Assembly: GCA_964016885.1 (NCBI GenBank)
Contig: OZ024742.1
Coordinates: 301,134,001-301,198,000, forward strand
DNA: 64,000 nucleotides
From: Eledone cirrhosa
Taxonomy: Eukaryota
Reading direction: 5' to 3'
Numbering within the stretch: position 1 is the first letter of the stretch; each line of letters starts with the position of its first letter. The notes under the pieces were generated by a model. The model made no database searches, was not told the origin of the DNA, and saw only the letters and a program-made list of their open reading frames with translations. Shown in pieces: positions 27,329 to 40,645 of the stretch. The translations under genes and the position numbers were made by a program.

Positions 27329-27717
27329 TCGGTGAATTGGCAGTATGGGTAGAGGCTCAGACGCCATGCTTTCTAGCATAGTTACGTCCCTTTACAGTCC
27401 GAGTCCAATTCCCGCCAAGGTTAACTTTGCCTTTCATCCTTACGGGGTCGATAAAATAAAGTACCAGTAATGTACTGGGTAATTGCTGGCCTTGTGCCTA
27501 AAGTAGAAACAATTATTAGTCTATTTGGGGCGATGAATTGGTAGTATCGGTAGAGGGTTGGATATTCTTTCCAGCATAGTTACGTCACTTTACGATCTGA
27601 GTCCAATTCCTGCCAAGGTTAACTTTGCCTTTCATCCTTACGGGGTCGATAAAATAAAGTACCAGTAATGTACTAGGATAATTGCTGGCCTTGTGCCAAA
27701 AAGTAGAAACAATTATT
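27329..27717 (+). mobile_element. Two tandem family A SINEs
   Basis: Monomers at ~27329-27517 and ~27527-27717. Confidence 0.9.
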
Positions 27718-27817
27718 AGTCTATTTTGAAACAGCTAATCATCATATCGATGTTGTTCTAGTGTTGTATTTCAGTGACAACCTTGTTTGATTTTAAAAAA
27801 ATGTTGTTAAATATATG

Positions 27818-30589
27818 AATGCAAGGACTCTTTATTTCGGCCACGGATGGCTAACTTCAAAAAACGAGACAATCACTTGATCACTTATAGATCAGGGGAA
27901 CACACCAGCCATGTAGATTATATCCTTACCAGAAGACGTGACAGTGTCTGTTGTAAACATCAAATCCCTCCATGAAGAATGCACCTCTCAACATGCTCAT
28001 AATTAGCGACCTCCTAGTCAGGACAAGACGTACTCGACAACAGAAGAGGACTATCCTCAGGAGAAAAATATGGAAGCTAAAGGACCCCACAGCCAGTAAT
28101 AAATTTAAAAGCATATTACTTGATGCTTTTGATAGTAAGGAAGAGCAATTAGATTCATACAATATAGAGGAACAGTGGGAATTCCTGAAAGCTAACCTGC
28201 TGAAGGTGACAGATGAAATCTGTGGCTGGAGCAAACCTATAGGCAGGAGGAGAGTAACTTGGTGGTGGAACAGTAAGGTGGAGGGGTCAATCAAGGCCAA
28301 AAAGCAGGCTTGGAAAGCATAGCGGGATGGGGGAAGTAGAGAAGACTATCAAGTGGCCAGGAGGGAAGCTAGGAGACAAGTGTACTTCGCAAGAAGGGAA
28401 GCAGAGCAATGTGTCAAGGAAAACCGTGATATTGTCGAGGAGAAGTGTGTCCTTAATGATGATGGTGTACTTGCCATAAGAAGGTAGCTTGGAAGTGTCA
28501 CTACGAAAGGCTACTAAATGAGGAGACTAATTGGGAGAAAGACAGTCTCCCCCACATCGATCCAATAGAGGGACCAGCAGTGCAAGTTGAAGGTAGTATA
28601 ATAAGTAAGGCGATCAAAGACATGAAGACAGGCAAGGCGGCTGGGCCTTCGGAAATAGTTGCTGAAATGCTGAAAGCATCTGGAACGGTGGGACACACTA
28701 TAGTCACCCGGATAGTAAACCAAGTCATACAGAATGGGGTCGTTCTGAAGGACTGGCGTAGCAGCATCATCATTAACTGCTACAAGGGTAAAGGAGATGC
28801 CCTAGATAGGGGAAACTATAGAGGCATTAAATTAATTGACCAGGTCATGAAGGTCACAGAAAAAGTAATAGAGCAACTAATCAGAGAGCGAATCGATCTA
28901 GATGAAATGCAGTTCGGGTTTGTGTCGGGTAAAAGTACAACAGACGCTCTTTTCATTGTACGACAACTACAGAAGTACCTAGCTAAAAGTAAACCTCTAT
29001 ACTTAGCTTTTTTTTGACTTGGAGAAAGCCTTTGACAGAGTACCCCGCTCGATTATCTGGTGGGCTCTTAGAAAACTAGGTGTTGATGAATGGCTTGTAA
29101 GAGCTATACAAGCCATGTATAAAGAAACAGTCAGCAAGGTTAGAATTAACAACGAATATAGTGAAGAGTTTAGCGTAAAAGTTGGGGTTCATCAGGGCTC
29201 TGTCCTTAGCCCCCTACTATTTATTATTGCCCTTCAGGCTATAACAGAGGAGTTGAAGACCGGCTGCCCATGGGAACTCCTATATGCAGATGATCTAACG
29301 CTCATAGCTGAATCAATGGCCGAACTAGAGAAGAAATTCCAAATATGGAAGCATGGCCTAGAATCAAAAGGCCTTAAAATTAACCTGTCTAAGACTAAAG
29401 TTCTAGTTTGTAGGAAGGAAAATAGGGCACTGGTCCCATCTGGGAAATGGCCATGCTCAGTGTGTAGGAAAGGAGTAGGCAGAAACTACAATTTATGTCC
29501 CAAATGCAAAGTATGGGTGCATAAAAGATGTAGTGGGATCACAGGTAAGCTAACTAAGAATATAGATTTTATATGTGGCCGGTGCTCAGGTGCAATAAGT
29601 AGCAGCAAATGCCCACAGAATACTAGCTCATTCCATTTCACAGATGGTTCTATAGAAATAGTGGACACCTTCCGTTACCTGGGTGACAAAATCAGCAGTG
29701 GTGGAGGGTGCTCTGAAAGTACAGTAGCTAGAGTCAGAACGGGATGGAAAAAGTTCAGAGAGCTTATACCACTATTGGCGCTAAAGGGTTACCTCTAAAA
29801 ATGAAAGGCAGGCTGTATGATGCCTGCATACGAACAGCAATGTTACATGGCAGTGAGACTTGGGCATTGTGTGCAGAGGATATACGCAGAGTGGAGAGGA
29901 ACGAAGCTTGCATGCTCCGTTGGATGTGTAATAGTAATATATGTGAACGGCAAAGCATAAACGAACTAAGGGAGAAATTAGGAATAAGAGGAATCAGATA
30001 TTGTTTACTCAAGAGAAGACTACGTTGGTATGGTCACGTGATGCGCATGAAAGACAGCTGTATAAAAAAGTGCAGGGCAATAAAAATAGACGGTAGCCAC
30101 GGAGTAGGCAGTCTCAGAAAAACCTGGGACGACTTGATAAATTCCGACCTCACACACTTACACCTCTCAAAGACAATGTCACTGGACCGAGATCTTTGGC
30201 GCTACACAGTAATACAGAAGACCCGCCTTGCCTAAGTACAAAGCAAAACCTACAGTCAGTAGGCACCTCTAACAAAAATACCCCCTCCCCCCTTTCGATG
30301 TAAAGTTATGTTGGTACCACAATATCCAGTCTGAAATAAATGAGGTTGTGTAGGTGTCACGAAAAAAAAAAAAAACACACAGTCCACGCCGTAATGTGGC
30401 CGTGTAGGTAACAGTAAAATCCTCCCAGTCCACACTGTAAAGGTGGTTGGTGTTAGGAAGGGCATCCAGCCGTAGAAAACCTGCCAGACAGTCCTATACG
30501 TGCAAGACAACCAATCTTGCCTCAAGTGGGAAAATTCCCGTCCAAACCCATGCAAGCATGGAAGATGGACGTTAAACGATGATGATGAT
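27818..30589 (+). mobile_element. RTE LINE copy of the same family, internally deleted and frameshifted
   Basis: Colinear with the 52.9-56.4 kb copy. ORF fragments at 27972, 28580, 29019 and 29744. (GAT)n tail. Confidence 0.95.
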
Positions 30590-32270
30590 TTAATGTAAAA
30601 TGTATTTCTACAGCTAGTGTGTAACAGCCATAGGTAATATGCACATTCATTGATTCTTTCACTGTTTAGTTAAGGGGTTATAAGTGAGAAAGGTAGCTAC
30701 CATAGAATTAAAAGGGATCCAATGACTAACTACTATTATTTGTACAAGTTAAAGCAACAGTATCTTACAATATCCAGTTTTTTCAGTACTCCATCACAAT
30801 TGTGTTTAGAATACTAAAATTGTCTCATTTTCTGTATAAGTTACTCCGTATAAAAAAAGACTACATGAGGCAGACATGAGCTCCGTAAGCCATAGTGAAG
30901 GCAGCCCCTTTAGGAGAGCAATTAATGCAGGATAGAGAGGATCCTTGAGTCTGGTTACACAACCTATTTTGTGTTGATGGCATGGAGAATGCACCTAGCT
31001 CTGCCAAAATGTGAAAAAAAAAATATAAAACAAAATTATCCAACTAATCTGCAATAGAAATAGAACGTAATGTTGTTAAAAATAACAAGAAAAAGATGGT
31101 TACTATATCCCATCTTGTACCTGTTGGGAACACCTAGTGAGACTTGTTTGTTCAGTAAGGGGTAAATTAAGATGTCGTTTGAACAGAGGTCAGATAGCTT
31201 GCCTAATTCTCTGGTTAAGATGACATTTGAAACAATTAATAGTATAATTGGTTAAGCATGTTTTGCAGTTAGCAATATTCATGTACACGCATACACACAC
31301 AAGCTCATTACATACATACTAAGATATTTACACCTTGTACACGTGTATATGTGTATAGTGTATCGAGTGTGTAGGTGTTGGTATTTCAATGTTTTCTCTC
31401 TCACATACACAGCAAAACACATTGATATATTCTGTTGCTTGTGTACTGACTGTGCTGTGTTGCTAAATTTGTTTGTTGAACTGCTGTGGATGTATGATAG
31501 TAAGGATGTTTCAGTGAATACACTTGTATCTCTCATGAGTTTTTCTTTCACTCTTGTACTTCATTGTTTTTCTTACAATTTTTATATTTCTTTCTTCTGG
31601 GGTTGTGTTTATAGGAGAAAGGAATTAAGCTTGACAATCAAGATAATGAAACACTTTGTAAATTGAATGGAATCCTTGTCTTTAACATTGACTTTTACCT
31701 CCTCATGCTACCAATTCCATCTAGAAGTAGGGATTGGTACTGTAGATCTTTTGATATCCTTATGTCTCCTTGCTGTTTGCATATGATACAAGACTAAATC
31801 AGTTGGTTCATTTTATAATGAAACTTTATCCCATCCTATAAAAAACATATGTAAAATGATAATGATCACATTGATATAAATTCAAATATCACTTCAGAAC
31901 TGTTTGCGGTGCTTCACCCCTACCAGTTGAACACGCATAACTTAGTGGTTAAGATGTTTGGCCCATGATCATAAGATCATGAGTTTGATTCCTGACAGCA
32001 CTTTGTGTCCTTGGATAAGATACTTTATTTACTCCAGTCCACTCATCAGGTAAAAATGAGTTGTACTTGTAATTCAAAGAGCTACTCTTGTCACACTGTC
32101 TCAAATGATGTTATGATAAAATGTTTTTTAAAACTCACTCTTGCTTACAAAATTTACTAGAAGTATCTGTTTGTTGTTGTCTTTTTATCTACCCATTTAT
32201 TTTTCTATAATCCATATTTTTCTATAATCCATATTTTTCTATAATCCATCTATTCTTGTTTGCCTGTCCA

Positions 32271-32697
<427 letters not shown>

Positions 32698-34882
32698 GAA
32701 CAATTTAATAACTTGTTTTGAATTCCAAACATAAGTTATTAAATTGTTTATATATACTGCTTTGAATTTGGTTTCTTTTTGCAACTGCTCATTGAGCTTT
32801 CTACGATGCATTTGACCTTATTATCTAAGTTTCTGATTATATTTACATACTTTGTTTTTGAATTTGTTTTGCAAGATTTCTTATCTGAAAACATGTTGAA
32901 ATAGATATTGGTATACTTTGGGAGGGTCATGTTACCAAAAAAAAAAAAAAAAAAATACATGCACCTGTTGGATTGGATTTCACTACAATTATAAACTCCC
33001 AGTCTGTTACTTTAATAATCTGATAGTTGTTTAGTTGTTTGGGAGTTTATAGTATATTGAAGTGAAAACCAACAGAGGCATGTGTTTTTATGGGCAGCAT
33101 GACCCTCCCAAAATAATATATATGTAACAAGACAAATATGATAATCTGTAAGATAGCAAGTTTGTGCAAATGTGTGTGTAAGCCATGAATTGGCAGAGTT
33201 GGTAGAGCATCAGATTAAATTTGTTCTGGCTCTCTGAGTTCTAATCCTTCCCTTGTCAACTTTGCCTTTCATCTTTTTGACTCTGATGTAAGGAATAATC
33301 ATATGCTCTTCTAGAGCACCACACTTCATTTCATTCTTTGGAAAAAGGGCTTCTAACCTTGAAATTTCATTAACTGTTCTGTTTTCTTACTTTACTCTTT
33401 TCACTCCTATTATTTCTAACTTGAATTGTTCCAGCTTTCTCTAAACAATCCTAACCATATATATTAAATACATCTCGGGTATTAATCCACAAAAATCTGC
33501 TGCTTATTCCTAAGAAGGTGAATTAAGCTGCTGTCAAAATCATTTGTATTTTTGTATTGTTCAAATATCTGAAACACCTCAAGTAAGATGTGAACTGATG
33601 ACATCTGAGCAAGTACAAGCCTAATACCAGCTCCCATCATTAGCCACTTACCCTTTGGGCCTGTTTTAACCCTTTTGACACCAATCCTTTTGCCCCCCCC
33701 CCCCCCCCCCCCCTCCCATTTCCCCCCCTTCTGTTTTATCTATTTTAATAAATATATTTAATTAAAATCGTATTGCAAAAAAGATATTTTTATGATTTTT
33801 CTGGCTGGCTAAAATATTAGAATAATTCTAGTGTAGTGCAACGGTGGAGCTGATTGTGTTGGAGTAGTTATGTAGTGTAGTGATCTGTGATGTGATATCT
33901 GTATATGTTGTTTAGCCCCAGATCAGTCCTAATCTCAAAAACCTACATATAACTATAGGTATGACCAACCTGTTTTTTTTTTGTTTTTTTCAGACAGTTT
34001 ATCTAGGATACATTTAAGACAATTGTGACTTGAGGTAGATTTGGCTGTTGTTTCTAGTATGTCGGGTAACTGTGTACTAACGTTGCTTTGTGTCAATGTG
34101 TATGTGGTGTGTGGTAGTACATGTGTGTTTTAGATGTTGCTCACAGGTTAGATTCTTTCAATGTTAGACCATTATTGCTTTTGTTGTTTAGCCACAGGCT
34201 AGCCCTGATCAGATCTATAGTCAAACGTATTCCAGCTACCCTGTTTTATTTTCATACTCAACCCTTCTGTTACTATATTTCTAATGAAAGACACTACTTT
34301 TGTATTGGACAACGAGGTGCTGTTTCAGGTGTTTTGGTATCCCAAAAGTTATAATTTCGTACTGTATTCTCTGTGGTGTTTTTGTTTTTTTAACAGTAGG
34401 GTGTAATTTGTGGGAAATGTTACTATTTCTAGTAGGTTGAGTAATCTTGTACAAACCCTATTGCTAGCTTGTTGTTTAGAGCTATGGACTTTCTACAGAG
34501 ATGACACCCTTCCATCACCACCTAGTGGGGAGATGTTTAGAATTGAAAATCTTTTTACAGGGATGAACCCTCTCCTCCCATAGCCTTGTGGTGGGGGTAG
34601 AGCCATGAACCTTCTACAGATGCCCCCACCCACTCCACTACTTAAGTATTATATCCTATATTTGGGGGGATGGGGCTATCTGATAGTCTACTGTTCATTT
34701 ATATCATACCACATGGTAACTGAACAATTGCACCAAGTGATGATATATCTATTGCAGAAGTGCCACAATAATGCAGTTAAATTACTGATTTACTGAGTGA
34801 CAAATTGTTGGTTGAAGCCTTGTTATTGGTAGATACTCACGTGCTATGTCAGGTCAGTTTCTTACTATTCTTAACCATTTAA

Positions 34883-35143
34883 TATGAATCTAACATTTAT
34901 GGTGTTATGGTCAGCTGTATGGATCTAGCATCTATGGTGTTAGGGTCAGTTTTTTACTAACCTTGTCTATTTAGTGTTAATCTAACATCTATGGTGTTAT
35001 GGGTGGTTGTATGAATCTATCACCTATGGTGATATGGTCAGTTTCACTCTGCCATTGTCCATTTAGTATGAATCTAACATCTATAGTGTTATGGTTAGTT
35101 TCTCACTGCCATTGTCTATTTAGTTTGAATCTAGCATCTATGG
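34883..35143. repeat. Degenerate tandem repeat
   Basis: gaatcta.catctatggtgttat recurs six times with two spacer lengths. Confidence 0.8.
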
Positions 35144-36776
35144 CAGGCATAGGCGACCTTTATCGACCAGTGGGCCGCATAGGATGTCTTAACATATGGC
35201 AAGCCACACTACTTAAGAAAATGCAAGCCATTCAGAAAGCCAAACGGGTCGCAGTTTGCCCACGGCTGCTCTAAGGTGTTATGACAAACACAAAACACAT
35301 CTGGAGATTTTGGTGCTAACACATCAGTTTAGTAAACAGCAGAAATAAAGGATCACACCAATGATGGTTGTTGTGGCAGTGTAGCTGTGTAGTAGGGGCT
35401 GTTGTTGTTGTAGTGGTGGTGGTTGTTTTAGTGGCAGTGTAGCTGTGTAGTAGTGGTGGTGGTGTGTTGTAGAGGTAGTGTAGGTGTGTAGTGGTGGTTG
35501 TTGTAGTGGTGGTATGTAGTAGTGATTAAGTGGCAGTGTAGGTGTGTGGTGGTGGAAGTTGTAGCGGCAGTGTAGGTGTATAGTCGTAGTGGGTGTGTTT
35601 TGGTTGTTATGGGTGTGGTATTACTGTTGTAATAACAAACACATTGTCATTGTTATGGTAAAAGTTTTGTAACTGCGCAGTAATTGCCGTTTACACAACA
35701 AAAATGAACCTGAAAAATATAATTGTAAGGAAAAGTGTGAAGTTGAATTCTTTTTAACAAACTTTTTACTGTAATTTAAAAAAATATATATTTCCTATCT
35801 TAATATAATCATAATATTATTGATTACTCTCTTACAGCGTAGAGAACAACATACCTACCACATACTCTCTTTCTCTGTATATCCCACATACTCTCTCCTC
35901 TCGCACGCACACATGGGGGGGGGGGTTAGTTGCTTAAATGTCACCAAACTATTGCCTTATCTTTAATTAAAGAAAAATTTTTTGTTTATTCATTTTTTGC
36001 TGCCACCAAGTAAAACACCAGATTTATAATTATCATCATAATCATCATTTAATGTCTGTTTTTCCCTGCTAGCTGGACCCATCTGTTATAGACCAAGTCA
36101 GTACTTAATTGGTGCCAATCACATATCAGATGGGATGGTGTTTCGCCTTGCTTAAATACATTCCCACACTCTTCCAAGTGCACTGGGTTCATTATATCAT
36201 GTCACCAGCACTAAAGAGATTGTTGAGTCCTTGACATAACTGAAAAGTCCTCTCTACTCTTTGTTTGGCAAGTTTTCTATAGCTGGATACCCTTCCTATC
36301 ATTAAGATTGATTAAGCTGGATGCCCTTCCTATCATTAAGATATAAATACATTGAACTGTTGTTTAGGCCCAAGGGTCGGTTCTGATTGAGCAAACCTAT
36401 AATCAAAATTATTCCATCCATGACCATCTCGTCTCATCTTTTACTCCAGCCTTAGTCTACTCTAAACTACATTATTCAATGTTTATTTCATGGTAGTGTG
36501 ATTTAGAATTGGCTGCTATTTCTAGCAGATTGAGTAACATGGTATTTTGATGCATTTTTCTTCATTGAATGTTGTTTTTACTAGGGATGCACAGATAAGC
36601 AAATTGACTAACACCAACTAATCGGCTGCCGATTATATACTCTCTCTGTCATTCAATACTATGAAATCTCACAAAATAAAAGATATCCTGGGAATTTTCT
36701 GTAGGTGCCATATTTGTGTGTGTGTATATATCTATATGTGTGTGTGCATGTATACATGCCTGCATATGTATGTATG

Positions 36777-36807
<31 letters not shown>

Positions 36808-37102
36808 CATCGTTTAACGTCCATCTTCCACGCTTGCATGGGTATATATATATATATATATATATAGTAATAATAATAATAATAATAAATGTGAAGACTA
36901 AAATCCAAAGAGGGCTCGATAAGGATAAATATATATCAAATATATAAAAACCCTAGAGCAAATATTTATTAAAATAACAAATTAATGTTTAAGCAAAGAA
37001 TCGCTGCTTTCACACTTAACGAGTTTCAGAAGATCCTGTTAAGCAGCGATTCTTTGCTTAAACTTTAATCTGTTATTTTAATAAATATATGTATATATAT
37101 AT

Positions 37103-37470
37103 GAAGGTGCATGGCTTAGTGGTTAGAGCATTGGGCTTGCAATCGAAAGGTTGGGAGTTCAATTCTCAGACTGGGTGTTGAGCAAGACACTTTATTTTAC
37201 ATTGTTCCAGTTTACTCAGCTGTAGAAATGAGATGATAGTACTGAGGTCCCTATCATTCCACTGCAAAGTGGACGTGTAGGCGCCACGCAAAAAAAACAC
37301 CCAGCACTCACTGTAAATGAGGTTGGTGTTAGGAAGGTCATCCAGCTGTAGAAATCAAGCCAGAATCAGTTCCCGTATTGAGCAAGACAAGGTCAGCCGA
37401 CACTGCCCACAACAGGACAACCCATCTAGCCCATGCTAGCGTGGAAGAACGGGCATAAAACGATGATGAT
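37103..37470 (+). mobile_element. tRNA-derived CORE-like SINE, family B, with RTE-like 3' tail
   Basis: A box TGGCTTAGTGG, B box GAGTTCAATTC, CORE-like TTGAGCAAGACACTTTATTT..., tail GGTTGGTGTTAGGAAGG.CATCCAGCTGTAGAAA...(GAT)n. Confidence 0.85.
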
Positions 37471-37569
37471 ATATATATATAAAACTTTGATAACTTTTGA
37501 CAAGTATTGGCCTTGGCCATGTCTAACTTAATAGCACCACCTGGCGAAGTTTTTCAAATCATGATTTGG

Positions 37570-38140
37570 ACACCATGGTCAATTAAGTAAAGAGTTATTG
37601 TTTTTGGAGACATATCTGGAATTTGTCCAAAGAATTTTTGAATTTTATGGCAGCTGTTTCTGTTTTTATGTCATTTGGTGTTAAGGTGAAATAATTGTAT
37701 CATAATGTTATGTGAGTTTGGTTTTTGTTGTGGGTAGATAGCACAGGGCCCAAGCCTTAGGTGTATTTTAAAGACGATTCCAACATCATTTGGGCAAAAC
37801 TGATGTAATATTTTCCTTGTTATGCAGATAATGTAGTGCTCATGATGGTGTTGGAGAGAGTAGAGTTTGAACTTTTCTAGTCAACCCCAATAATCACGGC
37901 TTGTCATGTCTTTTTTGTGATTGAGTTTTGAGATGCTTCAATTTTCATAATGCATTTTGTGTGGAGAGACAATAGCGGACAATATTATTCAACTTGGAGC
38001 TGGGCAAAAATAAAGAAGAGAAGGATATTGGTGTGGATATCTCTCGACTGGAAAGTTCTGAGAATCCAGAAACACATCCTACAGGCCATATCAACTTTGT
38101 TTATATGAGTAGCCCAGCTTAGTTTTATTTTTACTAACAA
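37570..38140 (-). mobile_element. Decayed CR1/L2-group LINE 3' fragment
   Basis: Minus strand reads FWILRTFQSRD, KIEASQNSITKK, DYWG*LEKFKLYSLQHHHEHYII (cf. YW.RL..L.LYSL.RRRERY) and KFKNSLDKF. Confidence 0.72.
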
Positions 38141-38280
38141 TTACTCCCAGGTCTCTGATGTTGTTGGATGCCATGAGTGTTTCATCTGAGGGAAGAGAAT
38201 ATAGTTTCTTTAATGATATATGAATGTATTAATGCTTTTGTTGTTCTGTTTCAATTGCAGCTTCAAGTCCCTTTCAGAGA

Positions 38281-38503
38281 ATGTCACCACGAAACCTTGT
38301 TACAGAGATACCTCCTACAGAAGATGAACTTCATCCAGGAGAATTAAATATTGAACCAGTAATTACAGAGGAAACTCATACTCAAAAAAGACCCCCAATG
38401 AGAATAGTGTGGCGGAATGTCATATTGATGACGGTTTTACACCTCTCAGCCTTATATAGTCTTAGCTTGTTACCAGTGGCTCATTTTTACACGCTAATAT
38501 GGA
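38281..38503 (+). CDS. SCD: SCD coding exon 1 (MSPRNL...IVWRNVILMTVLHLSALY...TLIW)
   Basis: Acceptor ttgcag ends at 38260, ATG at 38281, donor gtaagt at 38504 (phase 1). The IVWRNV..M..LH motif is typical of SCD TM1. The N-terminus is acidic and P/E/T-rich. Confidence 0.94.
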
Positions 38504-38620
38504 GTAAGTTTTCCATTACTATTTTTCTCTTTCTTTCACATATTGTGTGATTCATCTTACGGAGCAACATCTATAAAATATTTGCCTCCAGTTTGATATG
38601 TTAGACATACAATTAATATA

Positions 38621-38777
38621 CCGTATTTCCCGGCACTGAAGACGCTTTGTCCTTGAGGACGCACCCTAATATTTACAACCAAAAATATAAAGAAAAGAAG
38701 AAAAAACAACGTTCGGCCTCCAAGACGCATGGTAGATTTTTGAGACTTATTAGCATCTTTGACGTCAGGAAATGTGG
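38621..38777. mobile_element. Tc1/pogo-type MITE
   Basis: TA|CCGTATTTCCCGGCACTGAAGACGC ... GCATCTTTGACGTCAGGAAATGTGG|TA: imperfect TIRs with TA flanks. Confidence 0.7.
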
Positions 38778-39329
38778 TACCTTAGCATCTGCCTGACTGT
38801 ATTTATTAACTTTTACATAAAATGCTAACATAGTCATTATCATCATTTTATCTCCATTTTCCATACTAGCTTGTGTTGAATAGGTCTTCATAGACTAAAC
38901 CAATTCTTATTTGGCATTCCTGCTCCCTTAGATGGGTTATAAACCACATTTTGCTGATGCCTTCCTTTTTTACATGCCCTTCTTAATGCTAACCACTTTC
39001 CATGCATTTTATAACAACACCAGCACTAGAGAGGTTGTCGCATCTCAACAAAACTAAAAAGTCCTTTTAACCCTACGTTAGCGATAGTGAATGCAGACAG
39101 ATCCAAACTACCATCTCTTCTTAAATAGCTGGCATAGTAAAGTGAATGGGAGGGAGGAGAAGTAAATGGAGACTTAAGAAAAATATAGTGGATGAGAGAT
39201 CCAAATGTAGATAGATCCTGGCCCCCAACACTAAGACTATTTTAATGTCTGTTTTGGTATAGTTGCATGGATGAACATGTCTTCTCCAGCACTATATCAT
39301 CACTTGTTTCTGTCTTTTGTCATCTCCTT

Positions 39330-40310
39330 CATGACTGTCTCTCAACATCTAGTACCTGGATGATGCGACCATAGGTATGCCTGCAGTGAGTGTCTGCCAT
39401 GATCTTTGATCAGTGGTTCCCATTCTGCTGAGAATCAGCCTCGAGATCAACTAGTCAAAGGTTGTAAAAGTCAATTATGATGCAGAGGGCTTTGTTGCCT
39501 CTGACATGCGATTGACCTCCAATCATTGGTTTGCCAGCTCAAAACTTTAAGGAGTGGACCGAACCTGATCGATGCTCATTCGGCTTTTTTCACCATTCCT
39601 AAGCTTTTATATACTTTCTGCATTGCCCCTTGCTACAGCCAAGCTTCTCTCCTCACAGATCTTGATGCCTGCATCAAATTGGCTGCTGAGCAGGAGATAT
39701 GCAACATTTGGTTTGATGTCACCAGATATGGTGGCCTCTGTCTCGGGTCCCTAATCCAACTGGCCCTGCCAGCTTTTCTTTTGTCGGTGGCCTCTTGATG
39801 TGTCCTCATCAACAGCGTTCTCCACAACTGAATCTGTGATCATGCAATGCATCCTATGTGACATGGAACCAGCTCAGCTTCTGCCATGTGGATATCCATC
39901 CCCCCATCTCCTCTGTAGATGTCCAGTGTAATGTGACCTCGGACAAGCTTGTGCACCAGCTTGACCAGTACCATCCAGCATGTTTTCGCTCGCCTTCCAA
40001 TCCCACAGTAGTGCCTGGCTCAACGCAATACCACCACTTTCGACTTGCACTTAACTGGATAGTGACAGTTTGCACATCAGTGTCTCCTCGAGGCTTGGCC
40101 TCTGGATCTGTGAGCCTCACAAATGCCACTGCAGATCCACTCTGAATTCTTTTGGTCTCCACTCACTGTCATGCTGTTAGAGTGCTGGTCACCTCCCATG
40201 CCATACTGCTCTCAAGGATAATATAAAGCATGGCCTGGAAGGGACAGGTTTCTCTTTCCAATTCAAGACTGTGGAGCTGGACCGGGGGGATAGCAAATGA
40301 CCAGGTAGCA
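39330..40310 (+). mobile_element. Decayed CRE-clade non-LTR retrotransposon (RT end, zinc knuckle, start of RLE)
   Basis: Reads YLDDATIG...LEIN*SK, IPKLLY, GGLCL...LALPAFL, AWLNAIP, CEPHKCHC....GLHSLSC....H and DRGDSK*P. Confidence 0.78.
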
Positions 40311-40389
40311 TGACAATCTTCTCTGATTGACTATACTAGTAACTAACAGTTAAACATGTGTTTTTAAATGGCATATACTTCAGATGATG

Positions 40390-40645
40390 CAAACATGTTT
40401 TATAGGAGCTTTGAGAGAGGTTGTGTATACCTAGACTGGTTTATTTTATAGTAGCTATAAGAGAGGCTGTGCATGCCTATACAAGCATGTCTTATAGAAC
40501 CTGTGAGAGAGGCTGCATATACCTATACTCGTTTATTTTATAGTAGACATGAGAGAGACTGTGCATACCTATACAAACATGTTTTATAGGAGCTGTGGGA
40601 GAGACCGTGTATACATAGATAGGCAGATTTTATACAAGCTGTGAA
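40390..40645. repeat. 46-bp minisatellite with alternating variants
   Basis: gagagg/gagaga recurs at 40415, 40461, 40507 and 40553. Confidence 0.85.
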
